A stretch of 53,593 nt of DNA. Origin: Thermoplasmata archaeon (lineage in GTDB: Archaea; Thermoplasmatota; Thermoplasmata; Lutacidiplasmatales; UBA184). Of this stretch, positions 28,649-36,849 are shown one piece after another; the stretch's first letter is position 1, and the number at the start of each line of letters is the position of its first letter. The notes beneath the pieces were generated by a model. It had not been told where the DNA came from and did not search any database. It worked only from the letters and a program-made list of their open reading frames with translations. The stretch covers positions 1-53,593 of the forward strand of contig JAVYSA010000005.1 of assembly GCA_038729445.1 (NCBI GenBank), written 5' to 3'. A program made the position numbers and the translations under genes.

Positions 28649-29059
28649 CTAGCGGTGGACCAGGCGGCGGACGGCCTCGGGGCCCAGTGCCCGGGCCCGC
28701 TCGCGGGGGAGGTAGACGAACGCCCGGTCCTCCGGCGCGAGGCGCACCCAGGCCGTCCCCTCCTCCTCGAATTCCGACGGCTCCGCGGCGGACTCGACCG
28801 CAAGGCCCGGCCGGCGCGGGGCCAGCGACCCCCCCGGCGCGATCCGGAGGAGGTCGATCGCCGCGTCGTAGGCGAGCCATTCGCGCGGGACGGCGACGGT
28901 CAGGTGGACGAGCTGCGGGCGGAGACGGCTTTCGCTCTCGGTCTCGGTCCGCGCGAACACGGCGTAGTCCCGTCCGGCCACGCTCTCCGACCGGACGAAC
29001 TGGAACGACTTCTGCCGGAACTCGAGCAGGTTCCCCTCCAGCTCGCTGTCGTCGATCAT
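28649..29059 (-). CDS. Hypothetical protein
   Basis: 136-aa ORF with normal composition that fills the gap; TTATGTAA box about 25 nt upstream on the minus strand. Confidence 0.65.
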   Translation of the reverse strand: MIDDSELEGNLLEFRQKSFQFVRSESVAGRDYAVFARTETESESRLRPQLVHLTVAVPREWLAYDAAIDLLRIAPGGSLAPRRPGLAVESAAEPSEFEEEGTAWVRLAPEDRAFVYLPRERARALGPEAVRRLVHR

Positions 29060-29123
29060 CGCGGCCCGGAGCCCGGCAGGTTACATAACCCGGGACCTGC
29101 CGCCTCCGGGGGCCCCGGCCCCG

Positions 29124-29681
29124 CTAGGCGGTCACGGTGATTGTGCCGGCCATGTATCCCGGCACGTCCATCGGGAACCCCATCATGCCGTCGCTGCCGC
29201 ACGGGGCCATGCACCACCAGGGGTAGGTCCCCGGCGCCACGATCGTGGAGAAGGTGACGGTCGAGTCCCCCGGGCTCAGCACGTTGAGGTTGAGCCGCGG
29301 GTCGGTGAACGTGTGGGCCACGTTGCGGTTGGGCACGACGTGGTAGGCCGTCCCGTTGATCCACTCGACGGATCCGATGGTCCCGGAGACGACGCAGCCG
29401 CACCCGGCCCACGCCGACGGGCTGTCGTGGTCGACGATGCGGAAGACGACACGGCCGGCCGGGACGGTGACGTTCGCCGGGACGAACTGCGGGGCACCGT
29501 TCGTCGTGTTGATGACGATGGTGAGGTTGACGTAGTGGGTCGGGATTGCCGGCGAGGAGGTCCCCGGGGAGGCGGCCGGGGGCGCGAGCGCCGCGGCCGA
29601 GCCGAACCCGACGGCCACCCCCACCACTGCCACGACCGCGACCACCATCCCCACCGGCTGGAACCACTCCCGCAGCGTCAT
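29124..29681 (-). CDS. Membrane-anchored/secreted cupredoxin-fold protein
   Basis: N-terminal hydrophobic signal; FVPANVTVPAG, HTFT, PGDS, PGTYPWWC...M.GTITV cupredoxin pattern. Confidence 0.8.
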   Translation of the reverse strand: MTLREWFQPVGMVVAVVAVVGVAVGFGSAAALAPPAASPGTSSPAIPTHYVNLTIVINTTNGAPQFVPANVTVPAGRVVFRIVDHDSPSAWAGCGCVVSGTIGSVEWINGTAYHVVPNRNVAHTFTDPRLNLNVLSPGDSTVTFSTIVAPGTYPWWCMAPCGSDGMMGFPMDVPGYMAGTITVTA

Positions 29682-29727
29682 GGGCCGACTCCGACCAACG
29701 CAGCGGGCGCGGAGGATTTATCCCACG

Positions 29728-29745
29728 GGTCAACCACGGTTGACC
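29728..29745. promoter_or_regulatory. Perfect palindrome, candidate transcription-factor site
   Basis: GGTCAACC-AC-GGTTGACC directly upstream of the TATA-like GATAAATC (minus strand, 29715-29722) of the cupredoxin gene. Confidence 0.55.
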
Positions 29746-29844
29746 TCGCCCGGGCGCCTCGAGAGCGGGGAGGTGGGAGCCCGGCCGGGGCGAGCCCTAA
29801 TAAACCGACGACTTTACCCCCGCCCATCCCCCGGACGGGATCGA

Positions 29845-29952
29845 ATGAAACGATCGTCGCGCGTATGGAAGAAGGCCGGCCACATGCGATGGAAGTGGCG
29901 CAAGAAGCGGATGCGCCGCCGCATGCGGGCCCAGAAGATGCGCAAGCAGTAG
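29845..29952 (+). CDS. rpl41e: Ribosomal protein eL41/eS32
   Basis: MKRSSRVWKKAGHMRWKWRKKRMRRR...; MRxKWRKKRMRR is the eL41 signature. TAATAAA box at about 29798. Confidence 0.85.
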   Translation: MKRSSRVWKKAGHMRWKWRKKRMRRRMRAQKMRKQ

Positions 29953-29953
29953 G

Positions 29954-29971
29954 GGGCCCGGCGACGGGCCC
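29954..29971 (+). terminator. GC stem with GCGA loop after rpl41e (possible transcript 3' structure)
   Basis: GGGCCCG-GCGA-CGGGCCC between convergent genes; no U-tract. Confidence 0.3.
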
Positions 29972-30004
29972 TGCCGGGAGGACCGGAGCCGTCCGGTCCG
30001 CGGC

Positions 30005-30244
30005 TCACCAGTCGAGCCGGGAGAGGGTGCGCGACTCCTTCGTCGCCTTCTTCCAGGTCCGGTAGTGTTCCCGGCAGAGCCCGGCACGGCGGCCCACGCG
30101 CTCCGGGAGGTCGGGGAACGCCTGGCGTGCCTCGGCGAGCGCCAGGTGCCGGACCGCCGGGCCTGCGCAGCCGGGAATGGAGCACGAGTCCGGGCCCTCC
30201 CGGGCCGGTGCCCGGCGGGCGGGGGGCGGGCCGCCGTCGCTCAC
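30005..30244 (-). CDS. Small putative Zn-binding protein
   Basis: GTGA overlap with the sucD stop; CSIPGC...LCREHY..WKK. Confidence 0.7.
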   Translation of the reverse strand: MSDGGPPPARRAPAREGPDSCSIPGCAGPAVRHLALAEARQAFPDLPERVGRRAGLCREHYRTWKKATKESRTLSRLDW

Positions 30245-31128
30245 GAACGGCCCCGCTCCCGCAGGGTCCGGGCCACCAGCTCGGGGATCTCGTACGGGAA
30301 GTGCCCCACGATCACCCCGGCGGCCTCCAGGGCCTGCTGCTTCGATTCGGCGGTCCCCTTCCCCCGGCTGATGATCGCCCCGGCGTGGCCCATCCGCTTC
30401 CCCGGAGGGGCCGACCGGCCCGCGATGTAGGCGACGACCGGCTTGGTGAAGCGGTCCCGGATGTACTCGGCCGCGTCCTCCTCCGCCGAGCCGCCGATCT
30501 CCCCCACCATGACGAGCAGATCCGTCTCCGGGTCCTGCTCGAAGAGCGGGAGGGCATCCACGAACGAGGTGCCGACCACCGGGTCCCCCCCGAGCCCGAT
30601 GCACGTCGACTGGCCGAGGCCGATCTCCCGGATCCCGTTCACGATCTCATAGGTCAGCGTGCCGCTGCGGGAGATCACGCCGACCCGGCCGGGCCGGAAG
30701 ACGACATTCGGGATGATCCCGACCTTCGACGGCGCGATCGGCGTGGCGATCCCCGGGCAGTTCGGGCCGATGATCCGGCAGCCGCGGGCCCGGGCGTAGT
30801 GGTACATCGTCAGCATGTCGTGGAAGGGGATGTGCTCCGTGACGATCACCGCGAGGCGGATCCCGGCGTCGACCGCCTCGATCAGCGCGTCCTTCGCGTA
30901 GGGTGCCGGCACGAAGATGCACGAGGCGTTCGCCCCGTGCCGGTCGACCGCCTCCTGGACCGAGTCGTAGACCGGAACTCCCTCGACCGAGCTGCCGGCC
31001 TTGCCGGGGGTGACGCCGGCGACAACGGCGGTGCCGAAGGCCTTCATCTGGCGGGTGTGGACGGTCCCCTGGTGGCCCGTGATCCCCTGCACGACGACCC
31101 GGGTCTCCCGGTCGATCAGGACGCTCAT
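30241..31128 (-). CDS. sucD: Succinyl-CoA synthetase alpha subunit
   Basis: [46 protein letters not shown]; ATG 31128. Confidence 0.97.
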   Translation of the reverse strand: MSVLIDRETRVVVQGITGHQGTVHTRQMKAFGTAVVAGVTPGKAGSSVEGVPVYDSVQEAVDRHGANASCIFVPAPYAKDALIEAVDAGIRLAVIVTEHIPFHDMLTMYHYARARGCRIIGPNCPGIATPIAPSKVGIIPNVVFRPGRVGVISRSGTLTYEIVNGIREIGLGQSTCIGLGGDPVVGTSFVDALPLFEQDPETDLLVMVGEIGGSAEEDAAEYIRDRFTKPVVAYIAGRSAPPGKRMGHAGAIISRGKGTAESKQQALEAAGVIVGHFPYEIPELVARTLRERGRS

Positions 31129-32264
31129 GGCCGGCCTCCGGAGGAGGCCGCGCGCACGACCGCCTCGGCCGAGGTCCGCAGGTCGGGGTTCGACTCGATG
31201 CCCGCCTCCCGGAGGATCGCGATCCCCTCGGTCTCGTTGTTGCCGCGGATCCGGGCGACCAGCGGGAACCGGTCGGCGGTCGGCACGCGCCCCATCGCCT
31301 CCACGAGCCCCTTCGCGACGGTGTCGCACCGCGTGACCCCCCCGAAGATGTTGAGGAAGACGGCGCGGGGCTTCGCCCGGGCCATCAGGAGGAACGCCTC
31401 GGTGACCTTTGCGGGATCGTCGGTCCCTCCGAGGTCGAGGAAGACTCCCGGGCGCCCGCCGAACTGCATGAGGACGTCCAGGGTCGCCATCGTCAGGCCG
31501 GCCCCGTTTGCGATCACCCCGATGTTCCCGTCGAGCTGGACGAAGGCGATCTCCTTCTCGCGCGCGATCTCCTCGAGGGGGGTGCGGTCGTCCCGGACCT
31601 CGGCGATCGACGGATGGCGGAAGGAGGCGTCATCCTCGACGATGACCTTGGCGTCGAGCGCCACGAGCCGGTCGCCGACCACCGCCAGAGGGTTGATCTC
31701 CGCCAGTTCGGCGTCCTCCCGCACGAAGACCTGCCAGAGGGCGTCCAGGAGCGGGGCGAGCGCCTTGGCCGGACCACCGGTCAGCCCGAGGGCGGCCGTC
31801 GCCCGGCGCTTCGCATACGCCGCCATCCCGACGAACGGGTGGATCGGCAGGCGCAGGATCTCGGAGTCCGGCACCGACTCGATCTCGACGCCGCCCTGGG
31901 CGCTGGCCAGAAGCACGGGGAGCCGAAGCGACCGGTCCAAGGTGATCGAGACATAGAGCTCCTTGCCGATCGGCAGCCGCTCCTCCACCAGTACCTCGCG
32001 GACCTTCTCCCCCTGGAAGTCAAGGCCGAGGATCGCCTCCGCCGCCGCCCGGGTCTCGGCCGGAGTGGTGGCGAAGCGGACGGCCCCCCCCTTGCCCCGG
32101 CCTCCGCTGAGGACCTGGGCCTTGATCACGCATGGGAGAGGGACCGTACCGCTCTCCACGAGCCCCGCGGCCTCCTCCCCCGATCGGGCGACGTGGCCCG
32201 ACGGAAGAGGGATGCCGTACGTTCGGAAGATCTGCTTGCCCCGCCACTCCGCCAGTTTGACCAT
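31125..32264 (-). CDS. sucC: Succinyl-CoA synthetase beta subunit
   Basis: [50 protein letters not shown]. Confidence 0.97.
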   Translation of the reverse strand: MVKLAEWRGKQIFRTYGIPLPSGHVARSGEEAAGLVESGTVPLPCVIKAQVLSGGRGKGGAVRFATTPAETRAAAEAILGLDFQGEKVREVLVEERLPIGKELYVSITLDRSLRLPVLLASAQGGVEIESVPDSEILRLPIHPFVGMAAYAKRRATAALGLTGGPAKALAPLLDALWQVFVREDAELAEINPLAVVGDRLVALDAKVIVEDDASFRHPSIAEVRDDRTPLEEIAREKEIAFVQLDGNIGVIANGAGLTMATLDVLMQFGGRPGVFLDLGGTDDPAKVTEAFLLMARAKPRAVFLNIFGGVTRCDTVAKGLVEAMGRVPTADRFPLVARIRGNNETEGIAILREAGIESNPDLRTSAEAVVRAASSGGRP

Positions 32265-32294
32265 GGCCCTCGGCCCGGCGAGCCGTCGATCGAC

Positions 32295-33608
32295 TTAACG
32301 CCGACGCCGGCGGCGGGCCGACCGGCGGAGGACCGCGGAGGGCCGCGATGGACGGGCGGGCGTCGCGGCTCGGGGAGGTGCGGGGAGGGGCGAACGCCCC
32401 AGATCGTCAAGGAGCTTGCCGGCAACCTCCTCCTTCGCGCCCGTGAGCCAATGGCGCTCGCCCGTGCGCGAGACGACCAGGGCGTGGATCGCGGGGCTTC
32501 CCATGGTGCCGGCCCCGTTCGCGACGACCCCGTCGAGATCGGCCTCGTCGGCGAGCCGGGCGGCCGCGCCCGCGAGGGAGCCCTCGTCGGAGGTCGCCTC
32601 CAGCTTGAACCCGACGAGCAGGCAGGGACGGGGGGCCAGCCTCCGCAGCGTCGGCAGCACCTTGGCGGCACGGACGAGCGACAGCTGGAGCGTCGGGTGG
32701 TCCCGGGAGGAGATCTTCCCGTCCGCCGGGGAGACCGTGTAGTCGGCAAGGGCCGCCGGAACGATCACGAGGCTCGCCCGTGCGAGGGCTTCCTTCCGGC
32801 GCTCGGCCAAGGCGACCAGGTCCCCGACCGTCCTCCACGGGTGGACCTCGAGATACGGCGGGAGGGGCACCGTGTGGTGGCCCATCCACAGCTCGACCAT
32901 CGCTCCACGATAGTGCGCCTGCGCCGCGAGGGAGACGGCCATCGCCCCGCTGCTCTCGTTCGTCAGGGAGCGGACATGATCGATCGGCTCCCGGGCGGCG
33001 CCGCCGATGACGACGACCGTCCGACCGCTCCATGGCCCCCGGGCCAGGCGGTGAAGGACCGCCGCGGCGATGGCCTCCGGCGGTGCGAGCTTCTCCTCGC
33101 CCTCGGCCGAGACGGTCGGGACGAAGCCGACCCCCCAGCGTCGGAGGGCCTCGAGCGATGCCTGGACCGCCGGGTTCCGGTGCATGTCGGCGTGCATCGC
33201 GGGGGCCAGGAGGATCGGAATCCCGCCGCCGAGGGCGACCGAGGCGCAGCTCGTGACCGGGGTGTCGTCGATCCCGTGGGCGATCTTGCCGATCGTGTTC
33301 GCTGTCGCGGGGGCGATGAGGAGCAGGTCGGCCCGCCCCTCGCCGGGGCCGAGCAGCGCCACGTGCTCGACACCCCCGGTGAGCTCGGTCACCGGCGGGT
33401 GGCCGGTCGCGAACTCCATCGCCTCGGGGGTGATGATCCGACGGGCGTCCGGTGTCATGACCGCGACCACCTCCGCCCCGTGGCGGAGAAGCTCCCGGGC
33501 GATCCGGGGTGCCTCGATCGCGGCGATCGAGCCGGCGATGCCGAGCACGATGCGCCGCCCCTCGAGGAGCCGGGAGGTCCGGCCCCGGATCGCGCGGCTC
33601 GGATGCAT
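32295..33608 (-). CDS. coaBC: Phosphopantothenoylcysteine decarboxylase/ligase
   Basis: MHPS start; GSIAA, APATANTIGKIAHGIDD, APAMH, EPIDHVR.LTN.SSG, AALADY, VGFKLE. Confidence 0.95.
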   Translation of the reverse strand: MHPSRAIRGRTSRLLEGRRIVLGIAGSIAAIEAPRIARELLRHGAEVVAVMTPDARRIITPEAMEFATGHPPVTELTGGVEHVALLGPGEGRADLLLIAPATANTIGKIAHGIDDTPVTSCASVALGGGIPILLAPAMHADMHRNPAVQASLEALRRWGVGFVPTVSAEGEEKLAPPEAIAAAVLHRLARGPWSGRTVVVIGGAAREPIDHVRSLTNESSGAMAVSLAAQAHYRGAMVELWMGHHTVPLPPYLEVHPWRTVGDLVALAERRKEALARASLVIVPAALADYTVSPADGKISSRDHPTLQLSLVRAAKVLPTLRRLAPRPCLLVGFKLEATSDEGSLAGAAARLADEADLDGVVANGAGTMGSPAIHALVVSRTGERHWLTGAKEEVAGKLLDDLGRSPLPAPPRAATPARPSRPSAVLRRSARRRRRR

Positions 33609-33918
33609 GGGCTCCGTCGGCGCGGATGCGCTCGGGCCCTCATAGCGTGAGGGGGAGCGCCGCGTCCCGGGGCCGGGACCGACCTCCGGTCCCGGCGGGA
33701 GGCTCCGCTGGTCCCGGGAGGCGGAGGAAGCGTCATATGCTGCGGCCCCCCGCCGACGGGCGATGCCGCGACGCCCTCCGGAGCATCCCGGGCCCGTCTC
33801 GGGTGCCGAGGAGGAGGTCCCCCTCCCCGTCCTCGGCGGCACGCCCTCCGGCTTCCGGCCTCCCGGCGTCCCACCGGGCCCTCGGCCCCGCGGCAGCCCA
33901 TCCCCCCCTCCGGAGCCG

Positions 33919-34704
33919 ATGACGGTCCCCCGCGGGGTGGTCGTCTTCGATATCGACGGGACCCTCATGGACGACCTCGCCCGCATCGCGGACGTCGCCG
34001 CGGACGTGATCCGACGTTCCTTCGGGGTGCCGCCGGAGCAGGGCCGGATCCACTACCTCGCCACCACCGGCATGCCGTTCGAGGCACAGCTTGCCCAGCT
34101 CTTTCCGGAGGCCCCGGCGGCCCTGCGCGAGACAACGGCGCGCCTCTTCCACCAGCGCAAGGTCGCGGAGGCCTACGCCCACGCGAGCCCGTTCCCAGAT
34201 GTCCCGCGGCTCCTCAAGCGCCTCGCCTCGGAGCGCTGGACGCTGGTCGTCTCGACCGGCGCGGAGACCGAGATGGCCGAGCTTCTCCTGGAGCGGGAGG
34301 GCCTGCGGTACTGGTTCGATGCCGTGCTCGGCTCGGGCGACGGGACGAAGCGGGAGCACCTCGCCGAGTTCCGCCGCCGCTATCCGGGCGCGCGGATGTT
34401 CCTGGTCGGGGACTCCCGGTTCGACATGGAGGCGGCGCGGGACACCGAGGGGGTTCTCCCGATCGGCCGGGCCACATCGATCCCGGGATGGACCCTTTCG
34501 CCGGAGGACCTGCGCGCCTGGGGCGCCGCGTGGGCCGGCTACTCGCTCGCCGAGCTCCCCGACGTCCTGGCCCGTCTCGAGCGCTCACCCCCCCGCGGGG
34601 CGGTCCCGCCGCGGACGGCCCGACACCGCTCTCGTCCGCCCCGCCGATCGCGCTCGGCAGGACCGTCCCGGGCGCGCGGCACGGCGCGCCGGCGGGCTCG
34701 GTAG
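33919..34704 (+). CDS. HAD-family hydrolase/phosphatase
   Basis: VFDIDGTLMD, VVST, K, LVGDS..D. May start at ATG 33763 with a Pro-rich leader. Confidence 0.88.
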   Translation: MTVPRGVVVFDIDGTLMDDLARIADVAADVIRRSFGVPPEQGRIHYLATTGMPFEAQLAQLFPEAPAALRETTARLFHQRKVAEAYAHASPFPDVPRLLKRLASERWTLVVSTGAETEMAELLLEREGLRYWFDAVLGSGDGTKREHLAEFRRRYPGARMFLVGDSRFDMEAARDTEGVLPIGRATSIPGWTLSPEDLRAWGAAWAGYSLAELPDVLARLERSPPRGAVPPRTARHRSRPPRRSRSAGPSRARGTARRRAR

Positions 34705-34809
34705 GGCCGGGACCGAGAGTTTCCGGGTCCGGCGGAACCCGAACCCCTTTGAACCCGGGTCGAGGGATCCACAGTCCCCCAGGATAGGCCAAGCTACCCC
34801 ATCCCGGCC
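34705..34809 (-). tRNA. tRNA-His(GUG) with 29-nt T-loop intron
   Basis: Minus strand: G-1, acceptor GCCGGGA/TCCCGGC, discriminator C, D arm, anticodon arm GGGGA-CTGTGGA-TCCCT, T arm CCGGG/CTCGG. Removing 34719-34747 restores the loop TTCAAAT. Confidence 0.92.
34719..34747 (-). other. tRNA intron at position 59/60 with bulge-helix-bulge junction
   Basis: CCGGG|TTCA|AAG|GGGTTCGG-GTTCCG-CCGGACCC|GGAA|ACT|CTCGG: two 3-nt bulges, a 4-bp helix with one A.G mismatch, and an 8-bp intron helix. Confidence 0.85.
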
Positions 34810-34833
34810 ACGGGCACCGACTCCGCCCCGGAC

Positions 34834-34840
34834 TGAAAAG
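34834..34840 (-). promoter_or_regulatory. TATA-like box of tRNA-His
   Basis: CTTTTCA about 25 nt upstream of G-1, preceded by a purine-rich BRE-like CAAAG. Confidence 0.45.
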
Positions 34841-34850
34841 GCTTTGCGCC

Positions 34851-35093
34851 TCATGCCGGGGGCCGGCGGGACGGGGAACCCGATTCGATCCGGGCGAGCT
34901 CGCGGCGGCGTTCCCGTCCCTCGGCCCGAGCGATGGCGAGGAAGAACGCCCCGAACGCCACCGACAGGGCCGCACCCATGTACGCCGGATACTCCAGCCA
35001 ACCGGCGCCGGCCCACCAGAGTCCGGCCACGAGGGCGATCCCGAGCGCGATCATGACCCCGCCGCCGATCCAGAACGCGTTCTCCCGGAGCAT
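34851..35093 (-). CDS. Small two-TM membrane protein
   Basis: MLRENAFWIGGGVMIALG...YMGAALSVAFGAFFLAIAR plus a charged tail. Confidence 0.65.
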   Translation of the reverse strand: MLRENAFWIGGGVMIALGIALVAGLWWAGAGWLEYPAYMGAALSVAFGAFFLAIARAEGRERRRELARIESGSPSRRPPA

Positions 35094-35157
35094 GCAGCCT
35101 CCCCTCCCCCCGGACACGGGCGAGGCCGTTATCAGCTTGCGGCGCCCTCGCGTCGCG

Positions 35158-35721
35158 ATGGAGGCCCTGCGGCCGATCACCGCGGAGGAGCTTCGGGCGC
35201 TCCGGTGGATGCGGATTCCCGAGGCGCGCCACACCTTTCTCCTGACCTCGGAGACGGGCGCCCATGCCCGCCTCGCATGGGACCGCGGCGGTCACCGCCA
35301 GGCGCAGCTCTGGACGGTCGAGGGAGAGTACGCGCTGGTCCGCCGGGGCTTCCTTCGGCCCCGCGTTACGATGTACCGGACGGGAGAGAACGCCCCGCGC
35401 GGGGAGCTGGCCGCATCCCACGACGGGGAGGGAGGGGTCTCGATTTCCGTCGGGGAAGAGGGGGGCTGGCGCCTCGCCCGGGCCGGTCGGGCCGTCCCTG
35501 CGTGGACCCTGACCCGGAAGGACGGCGCCGAGGCGGCGCACATCGAACCGGTCCGGGAGGGTGCCACGCTCGACGGCGCGATCATCGCCGTCCCTGCGGG
35601 GGCGATGGAGCCGGGAGCGGCCGCCTACGTGCTCGCGCTGGCGTGGTACTTCATCGCCCTCGCGTGGGCGGAGGACGAGATCGTCGCCGAGTGGGTCGAC
35701 CACGCGGAAGGTCAGTTCTGA
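35158..35721 (+). CDS. Hypothetical beta-rich protein
   Basis: Plausible composition; TTATCA about 25 nt upstream of ATG 35158. Confidence 0.65.
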   Translation: MEALRPITAEELRALRWMRIPEARHTFLLTSETGAHARLAWDRGGHRQAQLWTVEGEYALVRRGFLRPRVTMYRTGENAPRGELAASHDGEGGVSISVGEEGGWRLARAGRAVPAWTLTRKDGAEAAHIEPVREGATLDGAIIAVPAGAMEPGAAAYVLALAWYFIALAWAEDEIVAEWVDHAEGQF

Positions 35722-36802
35722 GGGGCCCGTCCGACCCGCCGCGGCGGAGGGCCCGGACGACGCCCGGGAAGATCGCGTCGTACCGGCGGGCCACATCCCC
35801 GTGCCGGCCGGAGAACTCCCTCCAGTCGACCGGAATGCCGAGCGCGCGCGACCGGGCCGCGAAGATCCGCGCACCGAGATCGAGGAACCATTCGTCCGAC
35901 CCGCCGGCGTCGAGGTAGACGTACCAGCACCGGCGGAGCGCCTCCCGATAGCGGGCCACCGCGAGCATCCGGACGGGATCGAAGGCGAGCCACCGCCGCC
36001 AGACCGCCGGGAGGAGAGCGCCGGTCTCGAGGTCGAACGGGAGCTCGAACGCCCCCGGGTCCCTGGGAACCGGCGAGTAGCACGAGGCATAGGCCATCAT
36101 CTCGAGCGCCGTCGATTCCGGCGATCCCGGCCCGAGCCCGTCGACCGGTCCGCCGAAGATCCGGCGGAGCAGGCGATCGGTTCCCCCCGCCCGGCGGATC
36201 GTCCGGGCCGCCACCGGAAACTCCGGAAGGTAGCAGTAGTCGAAGTACATGTCCCCCGAATCCGATGCCGCAGCGCGGAAGACCTCCGGGTGCCGCATGG
36301 CCAGGCTCAGGGCCCCGAACCCTCCGCTCGAGGTGCCCACCACGCCGACCGGCCCGGTGCGGTAGCGCTCCCGTACCCACGGCACGACCTCCTTCGTCAC
36401 GTAGTCGTCGTACCGGCCGGTCGCGGCAGAGTTGAGGTACTGGCTCCCGCCCAGCGTGGTCCGCGCGTCGGGGGCGACCATCACGGCCTCGGGCATCCTT
36501 CCCGAGACGATGAGACGGTCGAACTGCTGGGCCCGGCTCTCCGCGAGGTAGCGCGGCCTCTGGAAGTGCAGCGGACCGGTGCCGGTGTACCCCGAGAGCA
36601 GGACGACCAGGGGGAGGCCCTCCGTCCGGCCCGACGGCGGAAGGTAGACGGGCAGCTCCCGCTCGGAGGGATCGCCGAGCGGGTTCCCGCGGAGGCATGC
36701 GCTCGGGAAGGTGTGCCATGCGATCGCGCCGCGGAGGGGGCGGGGGAACACCGAAGGGCTGCGCGGGGCAGGGGGGAGTCGGACGGGCACCGACCGCCGC
36801 AC
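35651..36802 (-). CDS. Esterase (enterochelin-esterase-like alpha/beta hydrolase)
   Basis: NPLGDP, VYLPP, GGSQYLNS..TG.Y, GTSSGGFGAL nucleophile elbow, DAG..DEW, F.G.H. Start may be GTG 36751. Confidence 0.88.
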   Translation of the reverse strand: MRRSVPVRLPPAPRSPSVFPRPLRGAIAWHTFPSACLRGNPLGDPSERELPVYLPPSGRTEGLPLVVLLSGYTGTGPLHFQRPRYLAESRAQQFDRLIVSGRMPEAVMVAPDARTTLGGSQYLNSAATGRYDDYVTKEVVPWVRERYRTGPVGVVGTSSGGFGALSLAMRHPEVFRAAASDSGDMYFDYCYLPEFPVAARTIRRAGGTDRLLRRIFGGPVDGLGPGSPESTALEMMAYASCYSPVPRDPGAFELPFDLETGALLPAVWRRWLAFDPVRMLAVARYREALRRCWYVYLDAGGSDEWFLDLGARIFAARSRALGIPVDWREFSGRHGDVARRYDAIFPGVVRALRRGGSDGPLRTDLPRGRPTRRRSRPPPTRGR

Positions 36803-36849
36803 CCCGGCGGACCTGATAGCCCTTCACCTCCTTCCCGAGGGGGACTCGC

